Counted from the first letter of the stretch, positions 1 through 10,020 are shown. The stretch is 16,797 bases of DNA from Paraphysomonas bandaiensis (GCA_965644295.1 CBFFRP010000175.1:1-16797); one strand, 5' to 3'. Numbers and translations: made by a program. Notes: generated by a model from the sequence alone, not told the origin.

Positions 1-182
1 CGTCACCACTCTCATCACCACTCTGACCCAAATCTCAAGGCCCAAAGGTCTCACCAACTTTATTATTCTTGCACCAGATCGCACCCATGTATATATCATA
101 TCAGGGCCAGGGAGCAAAATATGGTATTGAAATGTATTGATTGGTCGGACAGCAAAATCAATCAACCAACATTGATATATTG

Positions 183-309
183 AAAGTCTTATTATTAGTT
201 AGCAATAGGCGTTAAAAACCTGCATCAATGTAGTGGCTACTATAGTTGAATATATTTAAAGCCTTATTATTACAGTAGGCGTTAAAAACCTGCACCAACT
301 TAGTAGCTA
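183..309. repeat. Imperfect tandem duplication of the LINE 3' terminus (183-239 and 258-309)
   Basis: Both copies carry aaagYcttattatta...taggcgttaaaaacctgcaYcaa..tagtRgcta. Confidence 0.85.
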
Positions 310-684
310 GATGAATGCTAGACAAACTAGTTAGACCTCTACCTGTAACTAATCAGTACACATTTTTTTATTCTACTATTTAACGCTACGGAAGCTGCTT
401 GTGCGTCGCCGCAAGCACACTTATTGGTGTCCTTTGTACCATACAAGAAGCATTCGGCTATGAGTGGGCAGAAGAATATCTGCTGACTCACGTTAGTTTC
501 CCGGAGAAATCTCTCCGGTACTTATCCCCCAGAACACCATGAAATGGTGCGAGTCCGACTTTGTTGAGGGGGCTAGTTGAATGCTAGACAAACTAGTTAG
601 ACCTCTACCTGTAACTAATCAGTACACATTTTATTATCCTACTATTTAGCGCTATAGAAGCTGCTTGTGCGTCGCCGCAAGCAC
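306..684. repeat. 113-bp direct repeat pair (306-418 and 572-684) flanking a 153-bp spacer
   Basis: Near-identical copies at an offset of 266 nt. Each ends in the hairpin tgcttgtg-cgtcgc-cgcaagca. Confidence 0.92.
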
Positions 685-843
685 CAAGGTGCGACCACTT
701 CCGTTCTTAATGTTGATTGTGAGTTTCGCCATGATTGTGTGTCCTAGGACTCACTGGCACGTGTTATCAGGGGGTCTCCCGATGAGATTCCACCAGGCTC
801 TGAGGTACAGGGTTCTGTATTAAGGTCCTGAGTGTACCGAGTG

Positions 844-2259
844 CTAGATGTGTGTGCTGGGAGGTGGGTGGGGAGGTGGAATGTTGTGGCGTTGTCTCAG
901 TGCACCGTTTGGGCCTCGTCGGGCTATAGGTAGAGTTCCCGGAGACGGCGTCGTTGTCGAGGGCCTAAAGGTTTCATCGGGACGGTGATGTGTTCCTCTG
1001 GGTATGAGTGGTGGGGTTCGTGTGTACGGTGGGCGGTGCTCCAGCAGTCTCGGGTCGTCTGCGGACTCCTAGTAGTAATCGTAGCACCCTTGGGCGTTTC
1101 CATTGCTGTCTACGTTTATGACGCGGTCGCGGGAGTAGCCTAGAGGGGGTTCTGTGTGTAGGGTAATATATATATCGTCGACTTCTTGGATTATGAGCTT
1201 TGCTGCAGCATAAAGCGGGAGAAGCATACTGATGACGGCTGCTTCAAGGCTTCGCAGACCTTGGGGTGTCAAGGACTCATAGATGTGATCTCCAAAAACC
1301 ACCTCGAGTGTTGTGCAGAGGTGGTGATAGTACCTGTCCAGAATCTCTCCACCCCTGCTGCGGGAAGGATGGGCCCCAGGCCCTGCTGGAGAGCCGCTGT
1401 AGCGCATTGGTGGTCCAGTGGGGTAGATCTTGATCTCTCAGAATCTCGTGAAGCGCGTTTTTGTGGCCATTAAAGGCAGTCTCCCGTATCTGGGTGATGG
1501 TGTCATGTGTTCAGTCTAGACACATGTGTTTGAGTGAGTCTATAGTCGAAAGCCGCAGTCAGAACATGCGGCTATGACCAGGTCGAGTCCTTGTTTGGTT
1601 TTAACCCAGTTTTTCGCTATGCTGTAAGATTTGCCCCATGTCAATAATATGCTGCATTGAGCACTCTCTGGCGTAGGTGTGAACTATATATTTATCCTTT
1701 CTTTGATGGACAACCATCTGCTTGTGCCAGTTTGCGCGGAAGTAGTGCCCCGCTGTTTGTCCAATATCCAGGCACCCGGTCAGGATTGTGGATGTAGCGT
1801 TGATCTCAAAGTGCAGTGTAGGTCTCCATCCGTTGGGTGCGGAGTCCGTGAGTAGGGGGCTTGTATGATGCGGCCAATGCCATAAACCCGCCGTCGTGAG
1901 TATCCGTCCAATGGCTTGGTCCACTTCGATGTTACAGACAGTGTAATTTTGTCGTCCCAGTAGTCGGTCAACTTCAAGCCAGTCGTCTCCGGCTATTGCA
2001 TCTACAATATAAATGCCTTTGTCGTCATAATATATATGTCCATTCAGATTCATCAGTGGTAAGTCGTTCAGGGTGTGATCGGACCCAGGCTACATTACTT
2101 TTTCAAGCTTTATTTGCTGCAATGCTTTTCGAGCAGTACACCTTTGACGTCTGGTGGAAAGTGCCTCGTCAGTGCGGATGCATATGGCTTTACAGTCAGT
2201 CTGTGTTGATCGGTATGTGCGCAGGAGGGAGTCGCGCAAAGAGTATAAGTGTCATATAG
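844..2259 (-). pseudogene. Frameshifted remnant of the LINE ORF2 C-terminal half; includes track ORFs 1601-2053 and 1069-1407
   Basis: Multiple frameshifts and in-frame stops separate recognisable RNase H and CCHC motifs. No RT or endonuclease domain remains in the window. Confidence 0.7.
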
Positions 2260-2553
2260 CAGCTAACATTAATATTGATGCACATTATATTCTTATAGCA
2301 AGAAAAAAACTATTCAACCTATTTGTCAAATAGGTGTGATTTCCTTGTCATGCTAATATTGGCGTAAAACCTAGTCAAAGCAAGAAATGCTTCAATCTAC
2401 CAAATTTAGTTATAGACATATAGTCATAAATTGTACTTGCATAATATTGCTTCACACAAAAAGCAACAATAGGGTCACACAACGGGTAAAAAGTAAAACC
2501 AATTCAGCATAGTTCAGCAGGCGAAAACAAAGTTAAAGAACTGAAAAATAGAG

Positions 2554-2635
2554 ATATATTGGCAGAACTCCACTAGTTTCTGTACGCAACCGTACTCATG
2601 TAATAATCAGACTTTCATATATTGGCAGAACTCCA
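2554..2635. repeat. Perfect 19-bp direct repeat atatattggcagaactcca (2554-2572 and 2617-2635) around a 44-bp insert
   Basis: The two copies are identical. The insert ends taataatcagactttc, resembling the LINE 3' tail. Confidence 0.85.
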
Positions 2636-2785
2636 TCGCTCACTCCTCCTCACAGTGAGTTGTTTCTGGGGGTGTAGTGAGTTGGGTTATCATGTGAATC
2701 ACTGTAGTACTGAAAATGAAATATACGCTTGCATTAATTAATTAATTAATAATACTAATTATTAATTAGTAATAAAAGTAGTGTT

Positions 2786-2851
2786 TTATTGATGGGTCGC
2801 TGCCGTACCATGCTATTTGAATATATAATATGATATTGTTCCTAAGCCCTG
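2786..2851 (-). mobile_element. Old hAT/MITE terminal remnant related to the MITE at 5823
   Basis: Reverse complement reads cagggcttaggaacaatat...ggcagcgacccatcaata, against cagggctaggaaacaatat...gagagcgctccatcaata in the MITE. A weaker similar end starts at 102 (cagggccagggagcaaaat). Confidence 0.4.
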
Positions 2852-3169
2852 ATATATATTTAGAGTGTTGTTGGCTGCACTGTCGTACCACTATGTTTGC
2901 CTCTATACTGAATCACCGTTAGCATATTATATATATATATATAGAAATACAACTTATAGGAGCAATGCATTTTCGATTATATATTTCTTCATTTCTTAGT
3001 CAGAAAGCATCACCCGCTTCGCATAACCTCAATTCTTGACTGCATTGGCGCCTTTCTATGGTTGAAGTGGTTACTCCATTCCAGGCAGCATGTGTGTTTA
3101 TTCTATTCATGTATGTGAATAAGTTGTACACATGGGAAATAAAAACAGTAGAAAATTGATATAAACATT

Positions 3170-4512
3170 TATATCGCTGGATAATGAAACGGAAGTACTC
3201 CACTCATGCATAAGACTATCAAACTTCACTTTAGATGGAGACAGGCCTCATAATATTCGATAAGAACTTATGTTCAGTGGATCAGGGAGCATTTCAGTCT
3301 AAATAGAGATGCATTCAATGCAATAAAACAGTATCTTACAAGTAATATCTCAACAAATACTCTGCATTTATTGATAATGTTTTGATGTTTTGTGCAGCTA
3401 ACGATGATACCATCGATTTACTGTAGTAAATCCCTACAGTTTGTTATATATATTGGATTATGATACTCTGCCTGGACAGATCAACATATCAAAGTTTGGC
3501 ATTATATATATGTGAAGTACTGACTTAACAACTGAAAGGTAAACTTATACTTTAAGGTGAAAATTATAAATTGTAATCAATGCCTGTTACTATTCACCAA
3601 TTTCATGTTGTCTCTACTTCCACTCACCACTCATTTCTCGTACGATATTACTTCGTCACTATAACTTACATAGTACGATTAATAAGAGTGCAACTGTATA
3701 CTATTGTAATTTAAATTTTAAATACCTTATAACTACAGCTTTTAATTGCTCACATATAGCAGAACTCAACACAACACAATCATGGAACGCAAAACAAAAG
3801 TAGCCGCAGCATTCGAGTTTCAAAGTAAATATATTACGCAAACTCTCACATTTCTAATCGTTATTTTTAACGTAATTTCATGATTATCGAAGGTCATTAG
3901 GGGTTTACATGAATACGTAGTGTACTAGCTATAATCTAATATGAACTGCCTTGTTAATCTAATGCTTTTAATTTTATTATTGGACATATAATTATTCTTA
4001 TTTCATACTAAACTCTAAATTAAATGTGTTATCCACTGGGACATGCCTATATACATGTGCAGCAAGTGGTCAAGTTGAAATATATAATAATTAATACCAA
4101 CCAAAGCATATATGAATATCACTGCACGTTCCTACATTTCATAAGTCGTGCGCATGAAATAAGATCTGCATATACACTTTTCCGTTCTGGATGGTGGATA
4201 CATGAAGGTTATTATTCCTCAACCACTCCGCAATACATGACTGCCCTTCATTATTAACTGCACTCCTCTGGCTAAACCATATATTTGCAACAAAGTTTCT
4301 TTGTTTTTTTCGCAGTATTGTTTACTTTCATTGAATAGATGCGGAGAAATTACCGTTTCAAAGTCATCCAAAGAACACAGTCTCATTGAATTCAATACAT
4401 CTCTATTCAGACAGAAATGCTCCCTGATCCACTGAACATAAGTTCTTAGCGAATCTTATGAGGCCTGTCTGCATCTAATGTGGAGTATTCCCTCTCTCTA
4501 TCCAGCGATATA
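3170..4512. repeat. Inverted duplication, arms ~3170-3324 and ~4384-4512, about 1.06 kb apart
   Basis: The core taagaacttatgttcagtggatcagggagcatttc is exactly complementary between arms. The left arm has a ~27-nt insertion. Weaker similarity continues at 2958-2972 versus 4555-4569. Confidence 0.9.
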
Positions 4513-4866
4513 TCAAGGAATGCATGACAATTCGATACAGATTACATGTCTCCGATATGTATTGCTCCTCAATAATCAATTATAAGCACTCAATTCATCA
4601 GGACGATTGCGGCACTTCGTCCTGATATGCATGCATGTGGCAGTTATTGTGTTATAATATAGGCATTTATTGCTTGCTTTTCTGCATACAGTACATATTT
4701 TTTTATATAGTGCTTAGAACAACTATACTATCCTACCGCCCGGAATACTGCAATAAAATGATAATACGGAATGATGGATACTTCGTAAAATATTGTGAGT
4801 TAGTTCACCATCATCAACAGGTTCCCATCTCTCTCTAATACATTACACGAAATCCCACTAACTGGC

Positions 4867-5611
4867 ATGGGAAATTGCGGGTTGTGGCACAAAACTTTTG
4901 AGGTTAATGCTGATATCGAGGGTCAGGGACCGGAAGTGCTCATTACATTCTCTAAATTAGGACTACACTTCGAGGAAGTCAGCAAATTTTATCGCCGTTT
5001 TTGTCGCATTGACAACAATGGAGATGGTAAAATAAATCTACAAGAGTTTCACCACTACTATGGGTTTAAAGAAACTCCATTTTCGAAGATGGTACGTGGC
5101 TGTGTGTTGTGTCGATGGCTTTATATACGGCCTTGTGCAGGTGTTTTCTAAGATGGATATCAACAATACGGGTTACTTGAACTTTGAAGAGTTTGTGATA
5201 TGCATATGGGATTTCTTGTCCCAAGACTTGCGCCACTTAGCATTCAATCTATTTGACGAAGATCGGTCAATGAAACTACATAAATCTGAAGTGCACCAAA
5301 TGGCAAAGTATGTCTATGGTGTCGAGCACGGCAAAAATCGCAAATTAGATTCTACAATTGATACTATGCGAACAGATGCCGATGGTAATGTTTCATTTGA
5401 GGAGTTTGTTGAACAAACCAAAAGAAATCAAACTCTACTGTGGCCTGCGTTTGTACTACAAAACACTCTGTGGAATGACATCCTGGGTGAAGCGTACTGG
5501 CGAACCATGATTGATATAAGAAATTCGAAGATGAATGGATTGGATATTCATAGCATACTTATGCGCCGGGAAGATGAAATTAGTGACAGTGAAATTGTGC
5601 TGGATGTGTAG
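4867..5611 (+). CDS. N-myristoylated EF-hand calcium sensor (calcineurin B/CBL/NCS-like), 231 aa; exons 4867-5091 and 5141-5611
   Basis: A 49-nt phase-0 intron gtacgt...tgcag (5092-5140) joins track ORFs 4867-5151 and 5060-5611. EF-hand loops are DNNGDGKINLQE, DINNTGYLNFEE, DEDRSMKLHKSE and a degenerate RTDADGNVSFEE. The N-terminus MGNCG has Gly2 and Cys4 as likely acylation sites. Confidence 0.9.
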
Positions 5612-5822
5612 TGTGAGGTATTTGAAGGCCTGTACAACATCAAAGTTATCTTAGCGCTAGTAAATCGTTTTGTAGAGATGGAAATATGTAGAGGACGTTG
5701 TATATTTAAGTCATTAGTTTCTGTATTTGTACTTTCAGAAAGCGTTATAGTCTCCAACCTATTAGGATTTAAATAAACTTTATTCCACGGCTTATTTCGT
5801 GAACTGAAATAATAATGGACAG

Positions 5823-5977
5823 CAGGGCTAGGAAACAATATATTGCAATACTATTGTTAGAGAGCGCTCCATCAATAGTATTGATGGAGATTTTAAACAG
5901 GCCCAACAATACAATTACAATATATTGCAATATATTGTACAATGTATTGCAATTCAATATATTGTTTCCTAGCCCTG
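5823..5977. mobile_element. 155-bp hAT-superfamily MITE
   Basis: Perfect 23-bp TIRs cagggctaggaaacaatatattg (5823-5845 and 5955-5977). Perfect 8-bp TSD atggacag (5815-5822 and 5978-5985). Subterminal caatatattg repeats and an internal palindrome ctccatcaata-g-tattgatggag (5867-5889). Confidence 0.95.
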
Positions 5978-6146
5978 ATGGACAGTGTACAGCTAGACAG
6001 CTAGTATCAAATATCAAAGATATATATGATAACTAGTCTCCATTTCATCTCAAAATATGAAATGTATACAATTTAATAAGGACGTTCTTTTGTCATGTGG
6101 AAGACAGCTGTATGCAATAAATATTCGTCAAACAGACGTATTTATG

Positions 6147-6274
6147 ATATATATATGTATACTATATAGTGTTACTAAGTTGTTACTAAGTGTGAATAGA
6201 AGTAAGTGTTACTAATATATATATGTATACTATATAGTGTTACTAAGTGTGAATAGAAGTAAGTGTTACTAAGT
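6147..6274. repeat. Local tandem duplication of ~60-68 bp built on tgttactaagt units
   Basis: Two copies of tatatatgtatactatatagtgttactaagt and of gtgaatagaagtaagtgttactaa. Confidence 0.85.
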
Positions 6275-6472
6275 CGTAGATTTCATTCTCTATATATATC
6301 ATTGCTGAAAAGAGTGGCAAGTGCTTAACTTGGTCCCAAAGCAACTACAAGTTGATAGTAAACGACAGTGCTATTAACTATTAACTCGTCTCGTCAGAGG
6401 CTATCAGATAATAATGACTTGCAAACTACACTCTGGGCACTACAAGATACTGTGCATATTGGACTGTACATA

Positions 6473-6802
6473 TCCACAGTGCATCACCACCCAACTGTGG
6501 GCACCGAATGTGTCAGCCAGGACAAGGGAAGCTTCTCCATGAAAAAGACGTATCACGACATACACTAGACATATACATGGCACACATATGCAAGTATAGT
6601 GGCCTGCACAACTGCTGCAGTGTACGACATAATGAACCGCCGTTCACCATGAGTACCGAATGTGCCCGGACCAAACAGAGCTTTCATACATAAGAGTACA
6701 TCAATGAATTGGCATATCAATTTCTACACAAACATAGGTGTGACTCCACAGGGAATCGTCACCCAACTGTGGGTACCGAATGTGCCAGGACAAGGGAAGC
6801 TT
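6473..6802 (+). repeat. Dispersed ~60-bp direct repeat (6473-6534 and 6745-6802, partial third copy at ~6651-6684) inside a decayed coding-like region
   Basis: Shared cacccaactgtgggYaccgaatgtg..ccaggacaagggaagctt, which translates as repeated TECART motifs. Confidence 0.75.
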
Positions 6803-7494
6803 ACCATTATGTCAACAATTCCAAATTGCATTCACATCAACCGCCGGAACATTCACATCATAGTTCGGAAAAGCGGATTATCTCGACCACATATTCATGA
6901 TATCTAGAATACTACGAGTTAACGAACACACTATACTTTGGCATTTTTCACCGTTTGGCACTATCGCCATTCATACCATATAACACGAATGTCCATAACC
7001 TGCACGAACAAAGCACTTGCAATAAACAAGAAAGAACAATGATGGACATCAAGATATACAGCAGTATACAGTTATACAACAACAGCAATATACAATAGTA
7101 TACACATAAATACGCATACTACCGTTCTGTTAACAAAGCGGACACTTCATCAAAAACGCAGGCCGACTAAAATAGGGATTTTCAACACACACGAATACCA
7201 CGAATACCATGGAATAGCCGAAAACACACACACACAATCGAATACCTGAAATCTGAGCTCTCCAGCAAATGGAATTACCCAGCAAATTGTTGCACCTCAG
7301 ACAGTGCGTCCATATCAGTGTCTTTTACAGAGCACGAACAGCGAATTAGCATCATGTAATTTCTGTTGTGATATTAGTATCTACAATTTATCCAGTATTT
7401 CATTTCAATAAGTCTAAGTTTTTTCAATGGCAACATAGGCTTTTGCTTTTACAGTAGAAGGAGCTTCCGCATTTTCTTGACAAAACGCAATCGG

Positions 7495-8161
7495 ATGGGA
7501 AACAACACATCATTTGCTACTTGTATAGAAACTAGTGATATGAACGAAGATATGGAAGTACCATCCTTAAAACCTATCGAAAATCAGTTACTCTGGGAGT
7601 TTCAGAGGTTCAAGAAATCGATTGGATGGGGAGCTGGACAAAACTTTGATCCCAATGACCCAGGTCGATACGCCTCCCACGATATGAAGATTTATGGTGA
7701 TACGCTACAGGTTAAATCAATTTATATTATGTGATATTCAAGTACGTGTAACATACCTCTATTGCAGAGCGTCGCGCCACCTGTTCCACCTAATTATAGA
7801 GTAGACCAAGGGTGGACAATAGTTGTACAGAAGAGAATAGTGAAAAGCAAGAATGGTGCTGGCAATGTTGATGAAACTGGAATTACTGATAGATTTGGCT
7901 GGCACTATGCAAAAGCTTTTAATTCTGACAAATGGTAGGGAAATGGCGAGAATAGTTTATGAAGTATATATTTCCTTTGTAGCGTTCTATTACATACACT
8001 GACAAAATTGTACCCCTAGGTCTGATAAACACTTGGAAGGTATGGATGTTCGACGGAGGGCTTGGAAAAGAACTTTAGTTTGCTCAGAGTCAATTTCAGG
8101 TGTTGATGATAGTAGTGACAGCGAATGGCTGACTGCAGTGTCTTTCGTAGACGGAGAGTGA
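7495..8161 (+). CDS. Stand-alone DysF (dysferlin/Pex30-type) domain protein, 174 aa, predicted N-myristoylated; exons 7495-7710, 7768-7934 and 8020-8161
   Basis: Introns are 7711-7767 (57 nt, gt...ttgcag) and 7935-8019 (85 nt, branch-like cactgac, ...cctag). The spliced frame is open and reads WEFQRFKKSIGWG...DPNDPGRYAS...PPVPPNYRVDQGWTI...DRFGWHYAKAF...VRRRAWKR, the hallmark DysF motifs (ENQR..WG, GWxY, VRRRxWxR). The N-terminus MGNNTS fits MGxxxS. Confidence 0.85.
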
Positions 8162-8443
8162 CGGCACACTAATAATTTAAACAGGTTACTACTAACATGT
8201 AAATAATTATTTCAATCAGATTTAGATTTGGTCAGTTGTTTTGTTACCTTTATGTGTGAGCGAGTAGTATGTGTTATCAGAGACTGTTGTGTTGTGGCGT
8301 AATAGGTCTACTGCTTCAATCTAGAGTCTATATATATATATCAAGTATGCATGTTAGATTTGACAGAGTTGAGACTGTACCAACTCATTCAGGTCACGAA
8401 TACTAATTAACATAATATATAAGTTTGGCAACATCGTTTGCAT

Positions 8444-9907
8444 CAGGGCCTGATAACCATTAATGGTAGTCCAGTTTCCGGCAATTATAATGGCATTAAT
8501 GAAAAATGTCCCGGCAATTATAATGGCCATTAATACCTACTAACTTAAAGTAGATAGCATCACTCATATAATAGATAGTGTTGTGCTCCCTTAATTGCTA
8601 ATTCTTAGTTAAATAGCAGACTACAAATTTTAACTACTTCTCGCTCTTTACTGGCATTATCAGGATCTTCTTGCAGGGCTTTATGGAGGGTATAAACATC
8701 CCGCAACATGTAATTGGCTCGTAGGAATAGCACCGATTCTAGACGATATGGATTCATGTTTCTACGCTCAGGTGTCATAATCAACGTTGCACGAACAAAA
8801 GTAGATTGTGCTTCAATATGAAGCAAGCAGCAGTAGTTAGACTCATAGGTACCAAGTCGAGCTCTCTTGGTGACCTCGGCGCTGTCCAGAACACGCTGTG
8901 TAAAATCAGTTCCTTCACTCTCGTCCTCGTTATTTCTGTCAGGTACACCAACCTCCATGGATGAATCCAGTTGCACATGTCTAACTGCTCTTCTCTCATT
9001 GCCTGTCAACTCTCTTTCATCGTTCCCTTGAATTTTAGCCACTGCCTTCTCAAAATTTGCACTGGCAACAATGCTTGCATTCGGGGAAAGGAATGGATGC
9101 AGCTCTGGAAATTCTTGTAGCAGCATATCAAATTACTGGCGAGCTTGGTACAATTTGGTTCCATCTCTTCCGAACATACTTATTCTCCACGTCGTTCATA
9201 ACTATCCATTTCAGCCACCGAAATAAGTTCCTTGCAGCAGGAGATACTTTCTTTCTTACAATAGACAGTAAATCGCCCCCGTGAAGTCTTTCACTTCCCA
9301 AATTCTCTCGAGTTCCTCTCGCCAAGAAAAATTCGCATGTTTGGTGCCCTTCTTGGCTGTATGATTCACGCAAGTCGTGTAACCTCGCTTTATATTTTCT
9401 TGTTTATATTGCACAACGAACAATATGAGACAGAGCACTGAGAGGATTCTCTGAAACCACTCGGATGAAGACTCTGTAAGTTACACTGCCATCAATTGTG
9501 TTGGCTATCATCGTCGCTTAATATGCTGGATGGTATAAAAGTACAGAGTATATTACTTCGCTTAGTTGTGTAATGTTTCTAGGTGAAATATGCATATTTT
9601 CAATGATTATTTTAGAGTTTTTGGGTATGTTATACACTGTAGGTACGTTGCTATGGATATTGCTCAGGACACTATTCTCTAACTCTAGAATGCATTAAGA
9701 AGATAGTGAACAAGAAGGTTGCCACAGAGTGCCTGTAGAGTTGCATAAACATTGTTGTCTAATACTGTTTATTAGAGCTTCTTCGGAGTATAGAGGAGAT
9801 ACTATATTCTATATTATCTTAATAACACTCAGTTCTATATATATAGCAGTACAGGTCATTAACGGGATACCATTAATGCCATTACCATTAATGGTTACCA
9901 GGCCCTG
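8444..9907 (-). mobile_element. Internally deleted, non-autonomous hAT DNA transposon, 1464 bp
   Basis: 25-bp TIRs with 1 mismatch: cagggcctgataaccattaatggta (8444-8468) and taccattaatggttaccaggccctg (9883-9907). Subterminal cattaatg repeats and transposase remnants lie inside. The 8-bp flanks match at only 5 of 8 positions. Confidence 0.88.
8605..9438 (-). pseudogene. Fragmented hAT transposase: BED-finger-like N-terminal piece and C-terminal dimerisation domain
   Basis: KQENIKRGYTTCVNH and ARNLFRWLKWIVMN resemble the N-terminal region. LSPNASIVASANFEKAVAKIQ and RATLIMTPERRNMNPYRLESVLFLRAN resemble the hAT C-terminal dimerisation region. The element is too short to hold the catalytic core, and stops and frameshifts are present. 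Confidence 0.75.
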
Positions 9908-10020
9908 GCATTCATCGTATAAACAATCACCATGTCAAGTCATACATTTTCTCTAGATTCCTGATCTCTAAGAAGATATGGTCATATATATATTCTCATT
10001 CAGGGCCCCCATATACCATA

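Larger units (their letters stand above)
184..2259 (-). mobile_element. Degenerate 5'-truncated non-LTR retrotransposon (LINE): RNase H, C-terminal CCHC zinc knuckle, Pro-rich tail and 3' UTR
   Basis: Minus-strand translation across frameshifts gives RNase H motifs in the expected order: TDCKAI (TDC at 2200-2192), WVRSHPER (2087-2064) and WTYDDKGIYIVDAIA (GIYIVDAIA at 2017-1991). A knuckle CSDCG-x-STIDSLKHMCLD(*) follows at 1566-1511, then THDTITQIR, with the last Cys codon now TGA. ORF 1069-1407 continues past its TAG into a 74-aa Pro-rich stretch ending at TAG 846-844. The 3' end has TAATAATAA motifs. A diverged TSD lies at 163-183 and 2260-2278. Confidence 0.75.
163..2278. repeat. Putative diverged ~19-21 bp target-site duplication of the LINE (163-183 and 2260-2278)
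   Basis: caaccaacattgatatattga versus cagctaacattaatat--tga: 3 transitions and a 2-nt gap. The two copies sit exactly where LINE-like sequence starts and stops. Confidence 0.55.

Noticed and set aside
183-684. CRISPR array or tracr/omega-RNA reading of the repeats and hairpins
   Set aside because: Only two copies of each repeat, of the wrong size, with no cas, TnpB or Fanzor ORF. The context is eukaryotic and the repeats are explained as LINE 3' duplications.
1186-2259. Plus-strand ORFs 1186-1473 and 1996-2259 as genes
   Set aside because: They are antisense shadows of the LINE remnant.
4560-4626. Hammerhead ribozyme (CTGATGA on the minus strand next to a hairpin)
   Set aside because: No stem II followed by GAAA, so the catalytic core cannot be completed.
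5060-5140. N-terminus of track ORF 5060-5611, and C-terminus of ORF 4867-5151, as real protein
   Set aside because: Both are artefacts of reading through the 5092-5140 intron.
5769-6036. ORFs 5815-6036 (+) and 5769-6017 (-)
   Set aside because: They run through the palindromic MITE and give low-complexity translations.
7173-7246. TAGGGATT plus gaatacc repeats as a hAT left end
   Set aside because: No matching right end downstream in the window; too little evidence.
8436-9915. Perfect TSD for the large hAT element
   Set aside because: The 8-bp flanks gtttgcat and gcattcat match at only 5 of 8 positions. A 4-bp gcat match exists but is not hAT-typical, so no TSD is claimed.
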